Below, in pieces: positions 31,581 through 32,130 of a stretch of 32,130 nucleotides of DNA. The stretch comes from Halocafeteria seosinensis. Taxonomy: Eukaryota. The stretch is from NCBI GenBank assembly GCA_001687465.1, contig LVLI01000259.1:1-32130 (forward strand), in the 5' to 3' direction. A program made the translations under genes and the position numbers. Position 1 is the first letter of the stretch, and each line of letters begins with the position of its first letter. Under the pieces are notes generated by a model. It ran no database searches. It was not told the origin of the DNA and saw nothing but the letters and a program-made list of their open reading frames with translations.

Positions 31581-32130
31581 CGCAGGGGTCCAATGGCCTT
31601 CCTGCGCACCGATAGATATCATGCAATTCGGGATAAGCTCTTCGAATGGATGAGAGGACATGGTCTGCAGGTGGAACGGGAAGTGCCCCTGAGAAGAGTA
31701 CTCAATGAGGTCAACAATGCACCTGAACCTAGGCCTAAGGTGATGGACCTAGTCTTCATACTGAACAATGAGCTTACATGGTCTGATGTCACAGTGGTAA
31801 ATGGAAACACCGAAGCCAAACGAGCCAGCGGGGAACAGCACCCGGCAGATGCAGCTGCAGCCGTCAAACAATCAAAATATGCGGTCAATGTTGCTAACCA
31901 GAAAGCTGTTTTCCTCCCGGCTGCCATTGAAGCGTACGGTGGCTTCTCCAAGACATTGTTGGACCTGGTGGGTCGCCTGATTGATGCCGTGGTGCCGCTA
32001 GGCGCCTCTCGATATGTGAAAGCTTGCGAAAAACAAAAGCTCATCTCCTCTCTCGGGGTTACGCTGGTCAAATGTCAGTGCAAAATGGTGGACGCCTTTT
32101 GCGGATCATTTCACGACTTCACTACCCAGA
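31581..32130 (+). mobile_element. 5'-truncated non-LTR retrotransposon, RLE (PD-(D/E)xK) endonuclease domain, CRE-like; runs off window
   Basis: Open frame to the window end, absent from the ORF track: RTDRYHAIRDKL..GLQVEREV..VMDLVF..WSDVTVVN..KQSKY..FLPAAIEAYGG..KLISSLGVTL, matching the RH/E/(P)D/DVTV/KxxKY/FxPxxxExxG series. Confidence 0.8.

Noticed and set aside
31619..32071. 150-aa minus-strand ORF at the window end
   Set aside because: Antisense to the RLE frame, which carries the recognisable motifs

Overview
Compact, gene-dense eukaryotic DNA (standard code, short GT-AG introns mostly 60-85 nt) from a flagellated protist; a stramenopile-like lineage is an inference only. Hand-spliced genes in order: MPP-alpha/complex III core-2-like protein, a putatively myristoylated Gly-rich membrane protein, two adjacent E2 ubiquitin-conjugating enzymes (UBE2Z-like and Ubc6/UBE2J-like), CCDC39, a secreted ependymin-like protein, Fcf2, a TPR-SET/MYND (SMYD) protein, a presequence-bearing Dim1/KsgA rRNA dimethylase, a Cys-rich type I membrane protein, an intronless LRR gene, DRC7/CCDC135, a trihelix Myb/SANT-like protein and a mitochondrial-type cyclophilin. 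The window ends in the RLE endonuclease domain of a 5'-truncated non-LTR retrotransposon. Highlights: both E2s carry basic tails with SUMO-interacting-motif-like sequences, and the Ubc6-like one lacks its membrane anchor; one oversized intron holds a structured hairpin element; the LRR gene is flanked by a diverged direct repeat (possibly piggyBac relics) plus a MITE-like element; several spacers look like decayed coding sequence, including a P1B-ATPase relic. All family assignments come from motif recognition by eye; no searches were run.
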